DNA of 64,000 nucleotides from Pelagomonas calceolata (GCA_918797485.1 CAKKNE010000006.1:1984001-2048000); one strand, 5' to 3'; numbered from the stretch's first letter, positions 20,819 to 32,319 are shown. The notes: generated by a model not told the origin, from the sequence alone. Translations and numbers: made by a program.

Positions 20819-21112
20819 CTCGCTGTGCGCGAATCGACCAGCAGGATTCAGCAGATTCCTGCACTGACACTGGAACACACTCTCCCCGAGCTCTTGGAGG
20901 TGAGAGAGAAGGTTGGGGCGGGCTGCCCTTTGGATGCCGCGCGACGCACCGCGTGGGGAGTTCGTCCGTCCCGTGCAGCGGCCGGGCCTGGCCGCTCCGT
21001 CTTAATAAAGGGCGTGCGCACAGCAATACAAACCCGAACAACCCCGTCATTCGCGGAGGATAATGATTCGTCAAGGCCGCCACGCCATCGATGCGTCCCA
21101 CGTACCAACACG

Positions 21113-21661
21113 TTATCTTTTACGCAGTCTCTTCGCGAGCCGGAAGCTCGCGCCGGCGAGGAGCGACGCGCCCGGCGCGGCGGCGGGCGGCGCGACGGGC
21201 GGCCGCGGCGGCGGCGCCGGCGGCGCGCAGGCCTCGTCGAACTCGGCGGTCCGCCGCGCGTCGCGCAGCAGGGCCCGGAGCGCGGCCTCGTCGTTCGCCG
21301 CGGCCCGCGCGGCGTCGTCGTGCCGCGGCTGCGCCCCCAGCGCGCCGGCGACGTGCCGCGCGGCCGCGGCGGCGTCGACGCGCGGCCGCAGTTCCGCCTC
21401 GGCCGCGCGCGCGCGCACCATCAACGCCTTGCAGCGCTGCAGCTCCGCGTGCACGGGCCAGCCGCCGGCCAATCGATGCTTCGCGTGCAGTGCCGCGCAG
21501 AGCGCGAACGCCGCGGCGACGTCGCAGCTCGCGCGCGCCGCGGGCGGCAGCGCGTTGCGCTGCTCGTCGCGCGGCGGGAGCGCGGCGAGGGCTTTGCGCA
21601 GTCGTTTGAGGGCTTTCCTTGCGGTGGAGGCTGCGTCGTCGTCGTCGTCGGAGGAGGACAT
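21113..21661 (-). CDS. C1D/Rrp47 (Sas10/Utp3/C1D family) exosome cofactor-like protein
   Basis: LPPAARASCDVAAAFAL...WPVHAELQRCKALM...PRVDAAAAARHVAGAL parallels the C1D consensus (HPV..EL.R.K.YM...LD..AA.RF...AL). Basic C-terminus. Confidence 0.7.
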   Translation of the reverse strand: MSSSDDDDDAASTARKALKRLRKALAALPPRDEQRNALPPAARASCDVAAAFALCAALHAKHRLAGGWPVHAELQRCKALMVRARAAEAELRPRVDAAAAARHVAGALGAQPRHDDAARAAANDEAALRALLRDARRTAEFDEACAPPAPPPRPPVAPPAAAPGASLLAGASFRLAKRLRKR

Positions 21662-22472
21662 CGGCAAACCAGTGCTGCTGCTGGCACTGCCGCTGGCACT
21701 GGGTGCTGGAGGGCTACACCGATAAAGTAGCGAACACTGAGGCAAAGGGTCCAAGCGAGCTTTGCGCGCGACGGGCGCACTGCTAGCGCATCATGCGGAC
21801 ACAAGCGCACAAGCGCTCAAAGGGAGGCAAAGATGAATGCTGATAGCAGCTTCTTTTAATGGGACGGGTTTCACCTCAGCTGTTCCTCTTCTTCGGGCCG
21901 TATTGTCCTACGGCGCCCACCGTGCACCGCCTCGAGCCTCTTCGCGCGTCGTGTGTCATAGCAGGGGGCGAAACGCACGAACGGACACCGCGTTTTGGCG
22001 GCTATCTGATGAGCACACGGGCTAATTCTTCACTTTACCTAGTCTTGCGCTATAGAGGCCCCGCCCGTGTCGACGGGGATACTCTTGCTCGACGTCGTCA
22101 AAGATGAATGCTGAGCGGCCGACTAGACTAAGGTGGAGCAGAGCGTTATGTAGATGCCCTCCTTGGTCCAGAGAGGCATCCCGGAGATTAAAAAAAAGCG
22201 TTCGGGTTTCGATCAAGGTCCAGTGCGTGTGCTGGCTGGCTGTCTGTCGGCCCACCCGCTGCGTAAAACCGCTCTGGGGAGCATCGAGCAAGCCCAACGC
22301 AGCACCGACACGCCCGCTCGGTCTCAGCTCGACCGCGTGCGCCTGCGGCAACGTCACGCAGCGCTCTTTTGCCGGCGCTCGGCCCAAACGCCCGCCGCCG
22401 CGGGTCGCCGTGGCCGTCCGTTCCGTCGAGGTACGCCCGCGCGCCGCGCAGCCCAAGAAAACGCAACCAACC

Positions 22473-23261
22473 ATGCCGCCGCGCCGCAAGAAGGACCCGC
22501 CGTCCTTCAAGCCGAGCGCGGAGACGCTCAAGAACTTCCAGATGCCCGAGGAGACGCCGCAGCTCGAGCTCCTGCCGAGCGGGCCCAAGGGCGACATCCC
22601 CTCGACGTACACGGGCGAGTGTCGCGCGTTGAACCAGCCCGCGGTCCTCCCGCCGCCGCCGCCGCCCTCGCGGAAGGAGGAGCGGCCCTCGGCGTCGCGC
22701 TTCTGGACGTCCTTCGCGGCGGCCGCCGCGCGCGCGACCAAAAAGAAGTCCGGCGACGCCCAGCACTGGGCGCCCGCGCGGCCGCCGCCGCCGCCGCCTG
22801 ACCGGCGCGCGGGCCAGGCCAAGAAGAAGTCGCCCAAGGGCCGGCCCAAGGTCAAGCGGGGTTTATCTGATGAGGGTCGCACGGTCTTCGCCGACGCGAC
22901 GACGCGCAACTCCGACGAGCTGCCGCCATCAGCGTTCCCGGCCGGCAGCGACTTCGCGGCGGCGGCGGCCGCCGCGGCCGCGTCGCGGGACTCCTTCCCG
23001 CCGCGCTTCAGCTGGGACGACCCGGCCGCGCGTTCGTCCTCGAAGAGCGTCCTGAGCGACGCCGGCTCGGTCGGCGCGCGACACAGCCTCGCGCAGCAGG
23101 AGTCGCCGCGCCACTCGCGCAACTGGCAGCAGTACCACGCGCCCGTCGACGGCGACCCGCTCGAGGTGCCCGCGAACTTCAGCTGGGCGGACGGCATGGC
23201 CCTCGGGAGCTTTGCTGATGATGACGGCATTGACCTCGGGCCGCTCGACCTGTCCAACTGA
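22473..23261 (+). CDS. Hypothetical low-complexity Pro/Ala/Lys-rich protein
   Basis: ATG in aaccATGc context, GC3-rich codons, converges tightly on the next gene. No recognisable domain. Confidence 0.55.
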   Translation: MPPRRKKDPPSFKPSAETLKNFQMPEETPQLELLPSGPKGDIPSTYTGECRALNQPAVLPPPPPPSRKEERPSASRFWTSFAAAAARATKKKSGDAQHWAPARPPPPPPDRRAGQAKKKSPKGRPKVKRGLSDEGRTVFADATTRNSDELPPSAFPAGSDFAAAAAAAAASRDSFPPRFSWDDPAARSSSKSVLSDAGSVGARHSLAQQESPRHSRNWQQYHAPVDGDPLEVPANFSWADGMALGSFADDDGIDLGPLDLSN

Positions 23262-23292
23262 GCGGGGGAGGACTCTGTGTAATACGTAAAAA

Positions 23293-24897
23293 TTAGTCAG
23301 CAAAGGGGAGGAGGCTCGCCGCGGCCGGCGGCTCGTCGAGGGCCTTCTTCGCCCGCTCGGCGGCAATTTTAAAATCTTCGGCGTCGACCTTGCCGTCGCC
23401 GTTGAGGTCGAACGCGTCCAGGGCCGCCCTGTGGACCTCGGCCTGGGCCTTCTTGACGCCCTTGTCCGCGCGCCGCGCGAGCTCCTCGACCGTCGCCTCG
23501 GCGACGTCGACGGCCGTCGGCTGCGCGTGTGCCGCTGTCGCCGCGTCGTGCTTCGCCGCGACCTTCTTCTGCGTCTTCGCGGCGATGCCCTTCTTGATGC
23601 CCGCGAGCTGGCGCTGCCACCGCGGCGGTTTCGTCTCCTCCCGTCGCACCTCGGGCGGGTTGAGCTCGATGAGGAAGGCCTTGGCGTCGTCCTTTTCCTC
23701 TTCATTTACTCCCAGCACGCTCCGCTTTTCTTCCAACTCCCGCTCCAACCGGAGTAACGGGTCGTCATCCACTAACCCCGCCAATTGATCGGCCGACAGC
23801 AAGGGCCGCCCCGTCTCGTCGTCCGCGGGCGCCACGACCCGTTTCGGCCAGAGCATCGTATCTTCGAGACCCTGTAGAACGCCGCCCTCGAGCTCCTTCT
23901 TGAGCCACGGCACCTTCGTGACCTCTCCACCGGCCACCCGCAAATCCAACCCGATCGCGGGCTTCTTCGCGAAGCTGAGTAGAGACGCCCCGAAGCCCGG
24001 CCCCTCCGACCCGAGCGGCGTCAGCACGAGCCGGACCGTGCCCTCGACGCGCGCGTTTTTCAAGGAAACGGGCACGGACCCCGCCTGGATGCCCATCGGG
24101 CCTTTGAGATGGGCTTCGATATTCGCGTCCAGCTCGCTCTGCCACTTGACGTCAAAGTCGAAGGCCATCGCGTCCTTGCCCACGTCGTACGCTCTCGCCG
24201 CTTTCAATTGAGGCGGCTTCGCGCCCATCTGAAACGATTTCAGCTCGAGTTTGCGCGCCGACGGGTGCTGGAAGTCGGCGCACGCTCCTTTTATCGCTTC
24301 CTCGCAGGCCGCGGCGAGCTTCAAGGGCGTCAACCGGTCGACGATGTGATTCAGGAACTGGAGCCCCGGCGCGCCCAGCGCGAAGGCTTGCAACCTAGCT
24401 TCCGCCTTGATGGCTTCGACACTTTCTCTCGCCGCTTTTCGCGCATCAAGAACGCCGGAACCAATCCTATTCCACGCCTTGCGCCACCTTTTTCTGCCCG
24501 CACCGGGCGTCAGGAACTCGTCCTTCGCCGCGCCCAGGCCCGCCACGAACAACTCCCAGCTCCGCAGGATCATCCTTCGGACTAGCTTCAGCCCATACCT
24601 CACGTTCTCCTCACCATAAGTATATACGGCTCCCGCAAACGCGGCAGCAGCCGAGAAGAACAGACCGCCCGCGATGAACGCCGTCGTGACCTCCCAGAAG
24701 GTCGAGGACTTCGCCGTGGCGAGCGCCGCCTTGACGGCCGCGTCGACGGCGGCCTCGACCTCGGCCGGGCCGATCGGCGCGCCTCTCAGTTTCGTCGGTG
24801 GTCGGCGTATGCGCGTCGACGCGGGCGGCCGGCGCAGCCGTGGCGTCTGGAACGCCGCCGTCTGTAAGAGCGCGAACGCCGTGAATACGGCACGCAT
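23293..24897 (-). CDS. SMP (synaptotagmin-like lipid transfer) domain protein with TM helix and C-terminal EF-hand, plastid-type leader
   Basis: Leader MRAVFTAFALLQTAAF-QTP. SMP-like FLNHIV...FQMGAKPP...EGTVRLVLTPL...FGA..LSF..KP...VPWL...MLWPKR. EF-hand DLNGDGKVDAEDF. Confidence 0.8.
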   Translation of the reverse strand: MRAVFTAFALLQTAAFQTPRLRRPPASTRIRRPPTKLRGAPIGPAEVEAAVDAAVKAALATAKSSTFWEVTTAFIAGGLFFSAAAAFAGAVYTYGEENVRYGLKLVRRMILRSWELFVAGLGAAKDEFLTPGAGRKRWRKAWNRIGSGVLDARKAARESVEAIKAEARLQAFALGAPGLQFLNHIVDRLTPLKLAAACEEAIKGACADFQHPSARKLELKSFQMGAKPPQLKAARAYDVGKDAMAFDFDVKWQSELDANIEAHLKGPMGIQAGSVPVSLKNARVEGTVRLVLTPLGSEGPGFGASLLSFAKKPAIGLDLRVAGGEVTKVPWLKKELEGGVLQGLEDTMLWPKRVVAPADDETGRPLLSADQLAGLVDDDPLLRLERELEEKRSVLGVNEEEKDDAKAFLIELNPPEVRREETKPPRWQRQLAGIKKGIAAKTQKKVAAKHDAATAAHAQPTAVDVAEATVEELARRADKGVKKAQAEVHRAALDAFDLNGDGKVDAEDFKIAAERAKKALDEPPAAASLLPFAD

Positions 24898-25241
24898 GGT
24901 CGGAGCTACTGATGGGGTGTTGAGCGGACGCTGCGCCACGTACGGGGACGCACTGCTTGTAACGCCTCCTTGTTGATGTTTTGTTGTTTTAAGCCGATCC
25001 GAGACGCGCTACCTCGAACCCAGCGTATCGGCTGGGGAACTGGGTCGCCGCTTACTGCCTTGGGCCCTCCGTGAGACCTTTTGGCCGCGGGTGCGCCGCC
25101 TAAGCTGGCTTTTTGCTCGTTCTCAGCCAAACTTGTGTCCAGTGTGTCCAGTCGCCCGTCGAGCCGTCGACAGCTCGAGCGCGGTTGAACCACGTAGATC
25201 GTGCGCAGGCAGCTTTCCTGAGCCATAGAAGGGTGTTGCGC

Positions 25242-25259
25242 CTAGCGGTAAGACACTAG
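25242..25259 (+). promoter_or_regulatory. Recurrent intergenic motif (ctagcggtaagacactag)
   Basis: Copy in the divergent SMP/LOTUS intergenic region. Confidence 0.55.
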
Positions 25260-25459
25260 CGAGCCTCATCGATCTCTTTCGCCTTGGGCTGCGGGAGCTG
25301 CACGCGCTGGCCTGGTTGCAGCCAAGGTCTCTGCGTGCTCGTTGCGCAGTCTAGAAGCATTTGCGAGCCAGCGGTGTGTGTGGCAATCACGAAGTGGAGC
25401 AGCAGCCAGGCCATCTAGCCCCTCCCGAGAGCGCGCGCAGAGCAGTCCTCGGCATCAGG

Positions 25460-26290
25460 ATGGAGCTCTTCGCCCAGGCCGCGAGCCAGACGGCCGTCGA
25501 GCAGAAGGCCATCCAAGTCCGATTAAACGCGGTCGAGGAACGCATGGCGTCGATCGAGGCGCAGCTCGCGGAGGAGCGAGCGGGTAGGGCCCAGGACGCC
25601 GCCGAGTACCAGCAGCGCCTCCACGCCATGGAGAGCCATTTTGAAGCGGAACTCAATGGCAGGAGAGCTTTGGCGCGGCGCGTCGCGGAGTTAGCAAGGG
25701 AGGTCGCGGAAGATAGATGCGCGCGCGCCGACGACCACCAGCGCTTGCTCAAGATGGAGACGAAGGGCCAGGCGCCGCCCGGCTTCTCCGAGGAGGAACA
25801 ACCGGTAAAGAAGCCGCCGTCGCAAAAACACAAGGCGCGGTCGGCGTCGCCCCGGGGTGACGTGATGCTCGGCTCCGCGACGGACGCGGAGCTCGACGTC
25901 ATGCTCGAAGAAATACTCGAGGTCATCGACGCGCACGAGGGCCAGGTGCTCGCGAGCAACTTCCCCAAGTGCTACTACAAGGTGCACGGCAAGCCCCTGA
26001 ACTTCAAGGATTTGGGCTACAACAAGCTCAGCGACCTCATCAGACGCTTACCGGGTGTGTATGTGGAGGCGGGCTCGCACGCGTTCGTCCGCCGCGCGGG
26101 CGTCGTGGAAGAGGCGGCGCCTTTGGATTACGACCTGCCGCCGTTGGATGCTAGGGTGACGGAGCCGTTCCCGGCTCCTACGGCGGACGCGCCGCCGGCG
26201 CCGCCGGCGGCGCGTTTGGGGTTTGTGCCGGCGGCCACGAGCGGCGGCGCCATGTCGTGGAGCGCCGTCGCCGCGGGCGCCGCGCCCTGA
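25460..26290 (+). CDS. Coiled-coil + LOTUS/OST-HTH domain protein
   Basis: VLASNFPKCYYKVHGKPLNFKDLGYNKLSDLIRRLPGV is the OST-HTH pattern. N-terminal heptad region. Confidence 0.75.
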   Translation: MELFAQAASQTAVEQKAIQVRLNAVEERMASIEAQLAEERAGRAQDAAEYQQRLHAMESHFEAELNGRRALARRVAELAREVAEDRCARADDHQRLLKMETKGQAPPGFSEEEQPVKKPPSQKHKARSASPRGDVMLGSATDAELDVMLEEILEVIDAHEGQVLASNFPKCYYKVHGKPLNFKDLGYNKLSDLIRRLPGVYVEAGSHAFVRRAGVVEEAAPLDYDLPPLDARVTEPFPAPTADAPPAPPAARLGFVPAATSGGAMSWSAVAAGAAP

Positions 26291-26690
26291 CCGGTTTTTT
26301 CCTCGACGGCGTTTGCTAGGAAAATAAATACGTCACCGCTGAAATCTCGAGTCGCAGCTAGCATGTAGACACACTAGCAAGCGTTTTTAATTTTTACTAT
26401 AGCTAAGGTGTCGCGGCCAGTGGCAGTGGACAAAGCTCGGAGCCGTGGCAATCGCATACTCAAGCGGACATCCGTAGTAATCAGGTCCGCTCACTCCGCA
26501 ACTCCTACGCGCAAGTAGCGGCAGTGCACGGCCGTTTCAAGCCAACAACTGCTGTCTGCTGCGCGGCGACTGATCGCCTGGTGCGCGCGAGTCCAAAGCG
26601 GGTGCAAGCAGACAACCGCTGCGCGCGGCATCGCTGTCTGCGGCGCCGCGCAGGCGACCGAGGCCACAAAGCGGTTGCGAGCAAACGACG

Positions 26691-27614
26691 ATGGCGCCCT
26701 TCTGGCAACAAACAACAACAACGACGACCCAGCCGCCGGCCGCGCGCGAGTGGTACGACTACCCCGGCCGCATCCTCGCCTGGTATCAACGAGGAGGCGC
26801 GCCGCCGCCCGAGCCGCCGCCGTACTCGCGAAACTGGCACAACTCCGGCGTGTTCCTCACGGCTCTGCTCGTCGTCTGCGCGACGCTGGGCGCGGGCACG
26901 ATGGGCCTGCTGCACGAGGACACGTACCCCAGGAGGCTCACGCGGCTCCTCACGGACGCGGGCGTCGCGTTCCAGCGGACGGCGCGGACGATCCAGGAGA
27001 TCGAGCGCAAGCTCTTCCACTGCCTCGGGTTACTCGTGCCCTGGGGCTACTACACGCTCTCGACGACGTACAACTACCCGAAGGAGACGTGCGTCTACCT
27101 CTGCGTGGCCATCACGTTGCTGGGCATTTGTTTCGATCTGCTGAGGATACGCGTCTTCCCGGCGATCAACGACCTGGCCTTCGTCCAGAAATTACTGAGG
27201 TCCGAGGAGCGCGACACGCTCTGCGGCTGCTCGTTCTTCGCCGTGGGCAACAGCATGGCCATCATGCTCGCGCGGCGGCCGGCCGTCGCCGTCACGGCGC
27301 TCATGTACCTCACGCTCGGCGACACGGCGGCGGCGTTAGTGGGTGTGGCCTTCGGGGCGCACCCCATCAAAATTAGCAAAACGAAGAAGAAGAGCATCGA
27401 GGGCTCGCTGGCCATGTTCGCCGTGTGTTGCGGCTCGTGCGGCGTCATGCTCGCGGACGTGACGCTGGTGGAGTACGTGGCCGTCTTCTCGGCGCTCGTG
27501 GCGACGCTCGTGGAGCTCTACGCGCCGTGCGGGGTCAACGACAACCTGGCCATCCCCGTATTATCTGTGGTGGCGCTGGACTTCGCGCTGCAGCGCGTCG
27601 GGGCCTACGGGTAA
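26691..27614 (+). CDS. CTP-dependent lipid kinase (DGK1 / phytol / dolichol kinase family)
   Basis: RKLFH, LGDTAAALVG..FG, KKSIEGS and NDNLAIP motifs, multiple TM helices. Confidence 0.88.
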   Translation: MAPFWQQTTTTTTQPPAAREWYDYPGRILAWYQRGGAPPPEPPPYSRNWHNSGVFLTALLVVCATLGAGTMGLLHEDTYPRRLTRLLTDAGVAFQRTARTIQEIERKLFHCLGLLVPWGYYTLSTTYNYPKETCVYLCVAITLLGICFDLLRIRVFPAINDLAFVQKLLRSEERDTLCGCSFFAVGNSMAIMLARRPAVAVTALMYLTLGDTAAALVGVAFGAHPIKISKTKKKSIEGSLAMFAVCCGSCGVMLADVTLVEYVAVFSALVATLVELYAPCGVNDNLAIPVLSVVALDFALQRVGAYG

Positions 27615-27668
27615 GGGTATTTATCAAATCTCCTCCGCGCGATCGACGCGACGCGTCCCTCGAAGATG

Positions 27669-28776
27669 TTACGCGCTCCCCGGCGGCGGCGTCTCGCGGG
27701 CGCGGAGCGCGGCTCGGACATCCCCCAGGTTGCGCTCAACCTCCACCGTGAACGGATGCGCGCCGCCGAGCACGCGCCGCGCGGTCGGTAACGTCTCCTC
27801 GAGCGTCGTCACGGCCTCGCGGACATCGTCGAGCGTGGCGGCGGTGTCCCAGCAGAGCGCCTCCGCGTATCTCCACCTCATCCTGAGCGTGACTTCAGCA
27901 TCCTCACCGGCCACGCGCTGTGCCACGGGTATCGTTTTGCGCATCAGTGACCTGGCTTCTTCGAAGCGCTCTAGACTGATAAAGGACGACGCGAGGTTGT
28001 GAGCTTCTAAAAGGGAATCTCTATCTTCTTCGCCGTTGATCCTCAAGAGTCCAGAGTATACGTCCTGCCGCATGCGTAGGGCCTGTTCGAGTCGTCCGAG
28101 CTGTAGATAAGTGGTCGCGAGATTACCCTGCACGGATAGGATGTGGTCTTCGTCAGCGCCAAGGCGCCGCCGCATGGACAACTCGGCCTCAAGCACGGAC
28201 AACGCGTCCTCGTAGTGTTCTGCCTCGAAGAAACCGAGCCCAAGCACATTCATCGCCCCAGCTCGAGCCCAGTCCGTCTCCGGCCGCCCCACGTACGTCT
28301 TCCAGCACGCCCACCCGAGCGCGCAATACACGACGCCGTGGTACGTTTGCTCGCACAGGCCGCACGTGTACCACCGATCCCACTTGTCATCATCCAAGTC
28401 CCTTGCCTCGGCGTCCTCGACTAAAATCTTCGCCTGCCGCACCAAGCACGAGACGTGTGCAAAGCCCGCCGCCCCGCGGCACGCGCACCCGCGCACGAGG
28501 CCCTCCTCCGCGTCGCCTTCGAAGCAGACATAGCACCTTTGACCGGTCGTGTCCTCGGCGCACGCCTTGACCGCGACCGCGACGGCCCACTTATATTTTT
28601 TCTCGGCGTGGTATTGTTCCGCGTCGCCGCCGCGGTGTATAATCTCGCAATTCTCCTGGTGCCCGCTGCGCCAGTAGTGTTGCTGACAGTCCTGACGACT
28701 ACAATATCTCAGTTGACACCGTACACAGATGCGGCGCGTCGTGGGCGGCGCAGACGGCACAATTTGTGAGGATCAT
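27669..28776 (-). pseudogene. zf-MYND + RING-v + TPR protein with a 1-nt frameshift near codon 16 (pseudogene or sequence error)
   Basis: ATG 28776 reads MILTNCAVCAAHDAPH and then hits a stop. The adjacent frame continues CVRCQLRYCSRQDCQQHYW, CYVC...CACRG..GFAHVSCL and TPR-like repeats. Confidence 0.7.
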
Positions 28777-28851
28777 CTTGCGTTTTTTGCGGTGACCTAT
28801 TATTGCGGCTGACTCGGCTTGGCAAACCCGTTTTTTAGAACGAGGAGATTA

Positions 28852-31800
28852 CTACCGCCCCCCCGCCCGGCTCGTCGGCCGCGACCGCGTCCCGTTCAGC
28901 GGCGGGTAGCGCCCCAGCAGGTTCTGCGACGTGCCCGGCGGCGGCCGGAGCAACGGCGCGTGCGCGGACCGCGGCCGCGCGCCCGCGGCGTACAGCGCGT
29001 CGAGCGGCGTCGGCCCGCGGCCGAGCGACTCGACCTTTGATGGTGCGGCGCCCGCGTAGGCGGCCGGCGGAAAGATGCCGGCCTCCGTCCGCGGCGCCAT
29101 GGTCAAAGGCCGGTCGCAGCTCAGGCATTTCAACGCGGGCACTTGTTGTTTGGCAACTAAGGTCGGATCCAGGTCGTCGTCCTTGTCGCCCGCGAGGCGC
29201 GCGGCGATGTCGTCGATCTCGTCCCTATCCACCTTACCCTTGAGCTGCCGCTCCATCTTGCCGCGGTCGGCCTTGCTGTGCTGCATGGACGCGAGCTGCG
29301 ACCCGAGCAGCGTCAGGGCGTCCCGTAATTCAGGCACCTTTTGGCCCATGTCCGATGAACTCGCGGAGAGCTCCGCGAGCCTGCCCTCGACGGACGAGAG
29401 GGCCTCGACCAGGCGCTTCTCGAGGGCCTTGACCTCGTCCCTGGAAGCCCCGGCCGGCCCCTTGAACTTCTCGACCAGGTCGAAGGTGTCCGTGCCCGTC
29501 TCGAAGGACTCGATCGAGGGCCGCTCCTCGATGGTTTGGGTTTCCTCCTCGACGGGGATGGGGCTCGCGGCGCGGTCCACGCGCCGCGCGGCCTCCTCGG
29601 CGGCCCGGCGCTCGGCCTCGGCCAGCCGCTGGGCCTCGAGGCGCTCCGCTTCGAGGCGCTGGGCCTCGAGGCGCTCCCGCTCCAAGCGCTCCGCGTCCAG
29701 GCGCGCCTTCTCCGCCTCGGCGGCTAATCTATCAGCCTCGGCGCCCTCGGCCGCCAGACGCGCGGCCTCCAACCTTTCGATCTCGGCCTGCATGCGTTCC
29801 GCCTCCAGGCGCTGGCGCTCGGCCTCGGCCGCGGCCTTGGCCTGCGCCTCGGCGGCCTTCGCTTTCTGGGTTGCGTCGTACCAGCAGTTCCAGACGCCCC
29901 AGACCTTGACGTTCGCCATCCGACTGAGAATCTTGACCATGAGCGCGCGCTGCCGTTCGAGCGTCTCCTCGGCCGTCGGCGGCCGGACGGGCTCGTAGAG
30001 GTCGTCGAACAACTCCTGGGGGTTCTTGGGTCTCCTTTTAATATTCTGCTTGGGCTTGAGCAGGTAGCCGGCCGGCGCCGATTCTTGGGTCGCGAAGGAC
30101 GCGTCGTCCGCGGCGGCGGCGGCGGCCGCCGCCTCGGCCTCGCGCAGGGCCCGCCGTTTAGCTTTGGCGGCCTCGGCCGCGGCCTTCTTCCGCGCGCGCT
30201 CCGCCGCCTCCCGCGACTGCTCCTGTCGGAACTCCTCGAAGGCCGACCGCGGCAGCGCCTCCATGGACCGCCGCTGCGCGTCGTCGGCCAGGCTGGCCAC
30301 CTGATCCAACTTCCGTACCAGCGCGTCGCCGGCCGCGTTCGCGCCCGGCGTCCGCGGCCGCTCGGCGGTCCGCGGCCGGTTGGGCGAGGGAGAGCGCGGC
30401 TTCGCCCGGGCCGCCGCCGCCTCGGCCTCGATCCTATACTCGAGCGCGCGCACGTCCTGCTCGACGGCATTCAATCCACTCTTCGACGCCTCCTCGAGCT
30501 CCGAGGCGCGCTCCTCGAGCTCCCGGCGCGCCTCGGCGTCCTTCTCCTCGACCGCGCGCACGTCCGCGTTTAGCGAAGCGCCGAGCGCGTCCATCCCCGA
30601 CTTCGCGTCGCTCTCGAGTGCATGGAGATCCTCCCGGACGCTGGACACGCGCGCCGAGCTCCGCGTCTCCAGCGCGCGCACGTCGAGCTTCACCGCCGCC
30701 GGAGACGTGACCGTCTCCAGAGCATTTAGCAGGGCGTCGTAGACGGCCCGCAGCGTCTTGCCGAAGGGCCCCCGCACGGCCGTCCGCGGGCCCTCGTACT
30801 CTTCCAGAAGGTCCTGGACGTCCGAGTCCAAGAGCCGGTAGCAGGCCCAGGCCAGCCGCTCGACGCTCGGCGCGCTCGCCGCGTCGCAGATCGTCGGCTT
30901 TACGAATAACGCGGCGTCCTCGCCCGCGTCGGCCGCGGCGTCTTGTAGAGCAGCCTCGCCCACGAGGTCGCTCACGAAGGCGACGAGCGGCGCCCGCCCC
31001 TCGATTATGGGCACGGCGTCCCTCGCGAGGCCCTCGAGGGTCTGGACCTCCTGCGTGATGTCCTTGGGCGTCGAATGAGCGAGCTGCGCCTCCCGCAAGG
31101 CCCCGAGGCCCTCGATGGAGCCGGCGACGTCGCCCGAGAGCTGCTCGACGTTCGTCGAGACCTCGCGCAGCCGACCATCGATGCCGTCGACGCGCTCGCC
31201 CAGACCACCCACGGTTTCCGCCTGCTTCTCGAGCTGGTACTCGAAGCGCAGCATCGCGTTCTGAGTATCAGCGTCGGGGCCCGGCGACTCCGCCCGCGTC
31301 TCCTCCTGCTTCTCGTAGTACTCGATGCGGTTCCTCAGGTTCCCCACCAACTCCTCCATGGCCTTCAAGCGCTCCGCGACGCTGTTCCGCGGCGCGCAGC
31401 GCACGTCGGCGCCCAACTTCGCCAGCTTCCGCTTCAGCTTGATCTGACGGAACGCCCAGTGCCACCGTTTAATGGCCTCGGGGTTCCGCGGCGCCCCGTC
31501 GGCCTTGAAGCCCGCCCCCAAATCCGCGGGCTCCTCGCCGGATTCGCGCGCCGCGGCCAACCGCTGGCGCGCCCGCTCCGCCGCGGCCTTGGCCCCGGCT
31601 TTAATCTTGGCCATGCCCGCGAGCTGCCTCCCGAGCAGCAGGGCCTTGTACCGCTTGCGCTCGGCCTCCTCCTTGGCGCGCCGCGCGGCGTCGTCCGCGA
31701 CGCCGCTCAGGTTGTGCGAGAGCGACTCGATCTGCAGTTCCATGCGGTCGAGCCTCTCACTCTTCTCGGCGTCGGCCCTCTCTAATTTCTCGAGCCTTTC

Positions 31801-31926
31801 CAGAACGCCCGCGGCGGCGCGGTTCGCCTCGAACTGCTTCGCGATGGCCTCGATGGCGCCCAACGCGGCCCTGGCGCCGCCGCCCACGCAGGTGAGGGCC
31901 GCGTCGTCGTCGTCCAGGGCCACCAT
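28852..31926 (-). CDS. Large coiled-coil protein with RLEAE/Q repeats and C-terminal CLSCDRP motif (QRICH2/DUF4795-like)
   Basis: Long ORF of helical composition. First ATG at 31926. KAD...KVD...KCLSCDRPL near the C-terminus. Confidence 0.75.
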   Translation of the reverse strand: MVALDDDDAALTCVGGGARAALGAIEAIAKQFEANRAAAGVLERLEKLERADAEKSERLDRMELQIESLSHNLSGVADDAARRAKEEAERKRYKALLLGRQLAGMAKIKAGAKAAAERARQRLAAARESGEEPADLGAGFKADGAPRNPEAIKRWHWAFRQIKLKRKLAKLGADVRCAPRNSVAERLKAMEELVGNLRNRIEYYEKQEETRAESPGPDADTQNAMLRFEYQLEKQAETVGGLGERVDGIDGRLREVSTNVEQLSGDVAGSIEGLGALREAQLAHSTPKDITQEVQTLEGLARDAVPIIEGRAPLVAFVSDLVGEAALQDAAADAGEDAALFVKPTICDAASAPSVERLAWACYRLLDSDVQDLLEEYEGPRTAVRGPFGKTLRAVYDALLNALETVTSPAAVKLDVRALETRSSARVSSVREDLHALESDAKSGMDALGASLNADVRAVEEKDAEARRELEERASELEEASKSGLNAVEQDVRALEYRIEAEAAAARAKPRSPSPNRPRTAERPRTPGANAAGDALVRKLDQVASLADDAQRRSMEALPRSAFEEFRQEQSREAAERARKKAAAEAAKAKRRALREAEAAAAAAAADDASFATQESAPAGYLLKPKQNIKRRPKNPQELFDDLYEPVRPPTAEETLERQRALMVKILSRMANVKVWGVWNCWYDATQKAKAAEAQAKAAAEAERQRLEAERMQAEIERLEAARLAAEGAEADRLAAEAEKARLDAERLERERLEAQRLEAERLEAQRLAEAERRAAEEAARRVDRAASPIPVEEETQTIEERPSIESFETGTDTFDLVEKFKGPAGASRDEVKALEKRLVEALSSVEGRLAELSASSSDMGQKVPELRDALTLLGSQLASMQHSKADRGKMERQLKGKVDRDEIDDIAARLAGDKDDDLDPTLVAKQQVPALKCLSCDRPLTMAPRTEAGIFPPAAYAGAAPSKVESLGRGPTPLDALYAAGARPRSAHAPLLRPPPGTSQNLLGRYPPLNGTRSRPTSRAGGR

Positions 31927-32225
31927 TTTCCTTAGATGCGACTCGTCGCGCGCCGGCAATGCCGGTGGTAGGGGTCTATTCGATTAGGGGGCGCGTCGGA
32001 TGACCGCCTGGCTGGCGCGCGCCGGGGCAGCCCCGCTCGCGCTACGACCGGTCCTCCCCGGCTGCGCGTCCGGCCCGCGCGCCCGCAAATGCGATGTACT
32101 GCGGAGGGAGAGCGCGCGGCGCTGAAGGCTAGAGGCCGCAACAAAATCTAGTCAGATCCACCAATGTAACTCTCGGATAGGTGGGGGCAGGTGGGGGCGG
32201 CTCGGCGGCGGCCGCAGCAAACCTA

Positions 32226-32247
32226 CTAGTGCCTTACAGACCGCTAG
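32226..32247 (-). promoter_or_regulatory. Recurrent intergenic motif (ctagcggtctgtaaggcactag)
   Basis: Reverse-strand copy in a divergent intergenic region. Confidence 0.5.
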
Positions 32248-32319
32248 CCCGCACGGGATTAAAGTCCTCGCTGCCGCGCAAGCGCTGTGGGTACGCTAGA
32301 CGCTGCGCGCGGCCTTTGA

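Noticed and set aside
20823..21050. Possible upstream exon (ATG 21050) and 199-nt GT-AG intron for the SPRY gene
   Set aside because: It splices in frame, but the exon would start only ~60 nt after the C1D stop and adds no recognisable sequence. Not supportable without RNA data.
22022..23257. 411-aa minus-strand ORF opposite the hypothetical gene at 22473
   Set aside because: No ATG start or domain, and codon bias favours the plus strand.
29620..29830. [10 protein letters not shown] 15-bp coding repeats
   Set aside because: Common charged single-helix low-complexity tract.
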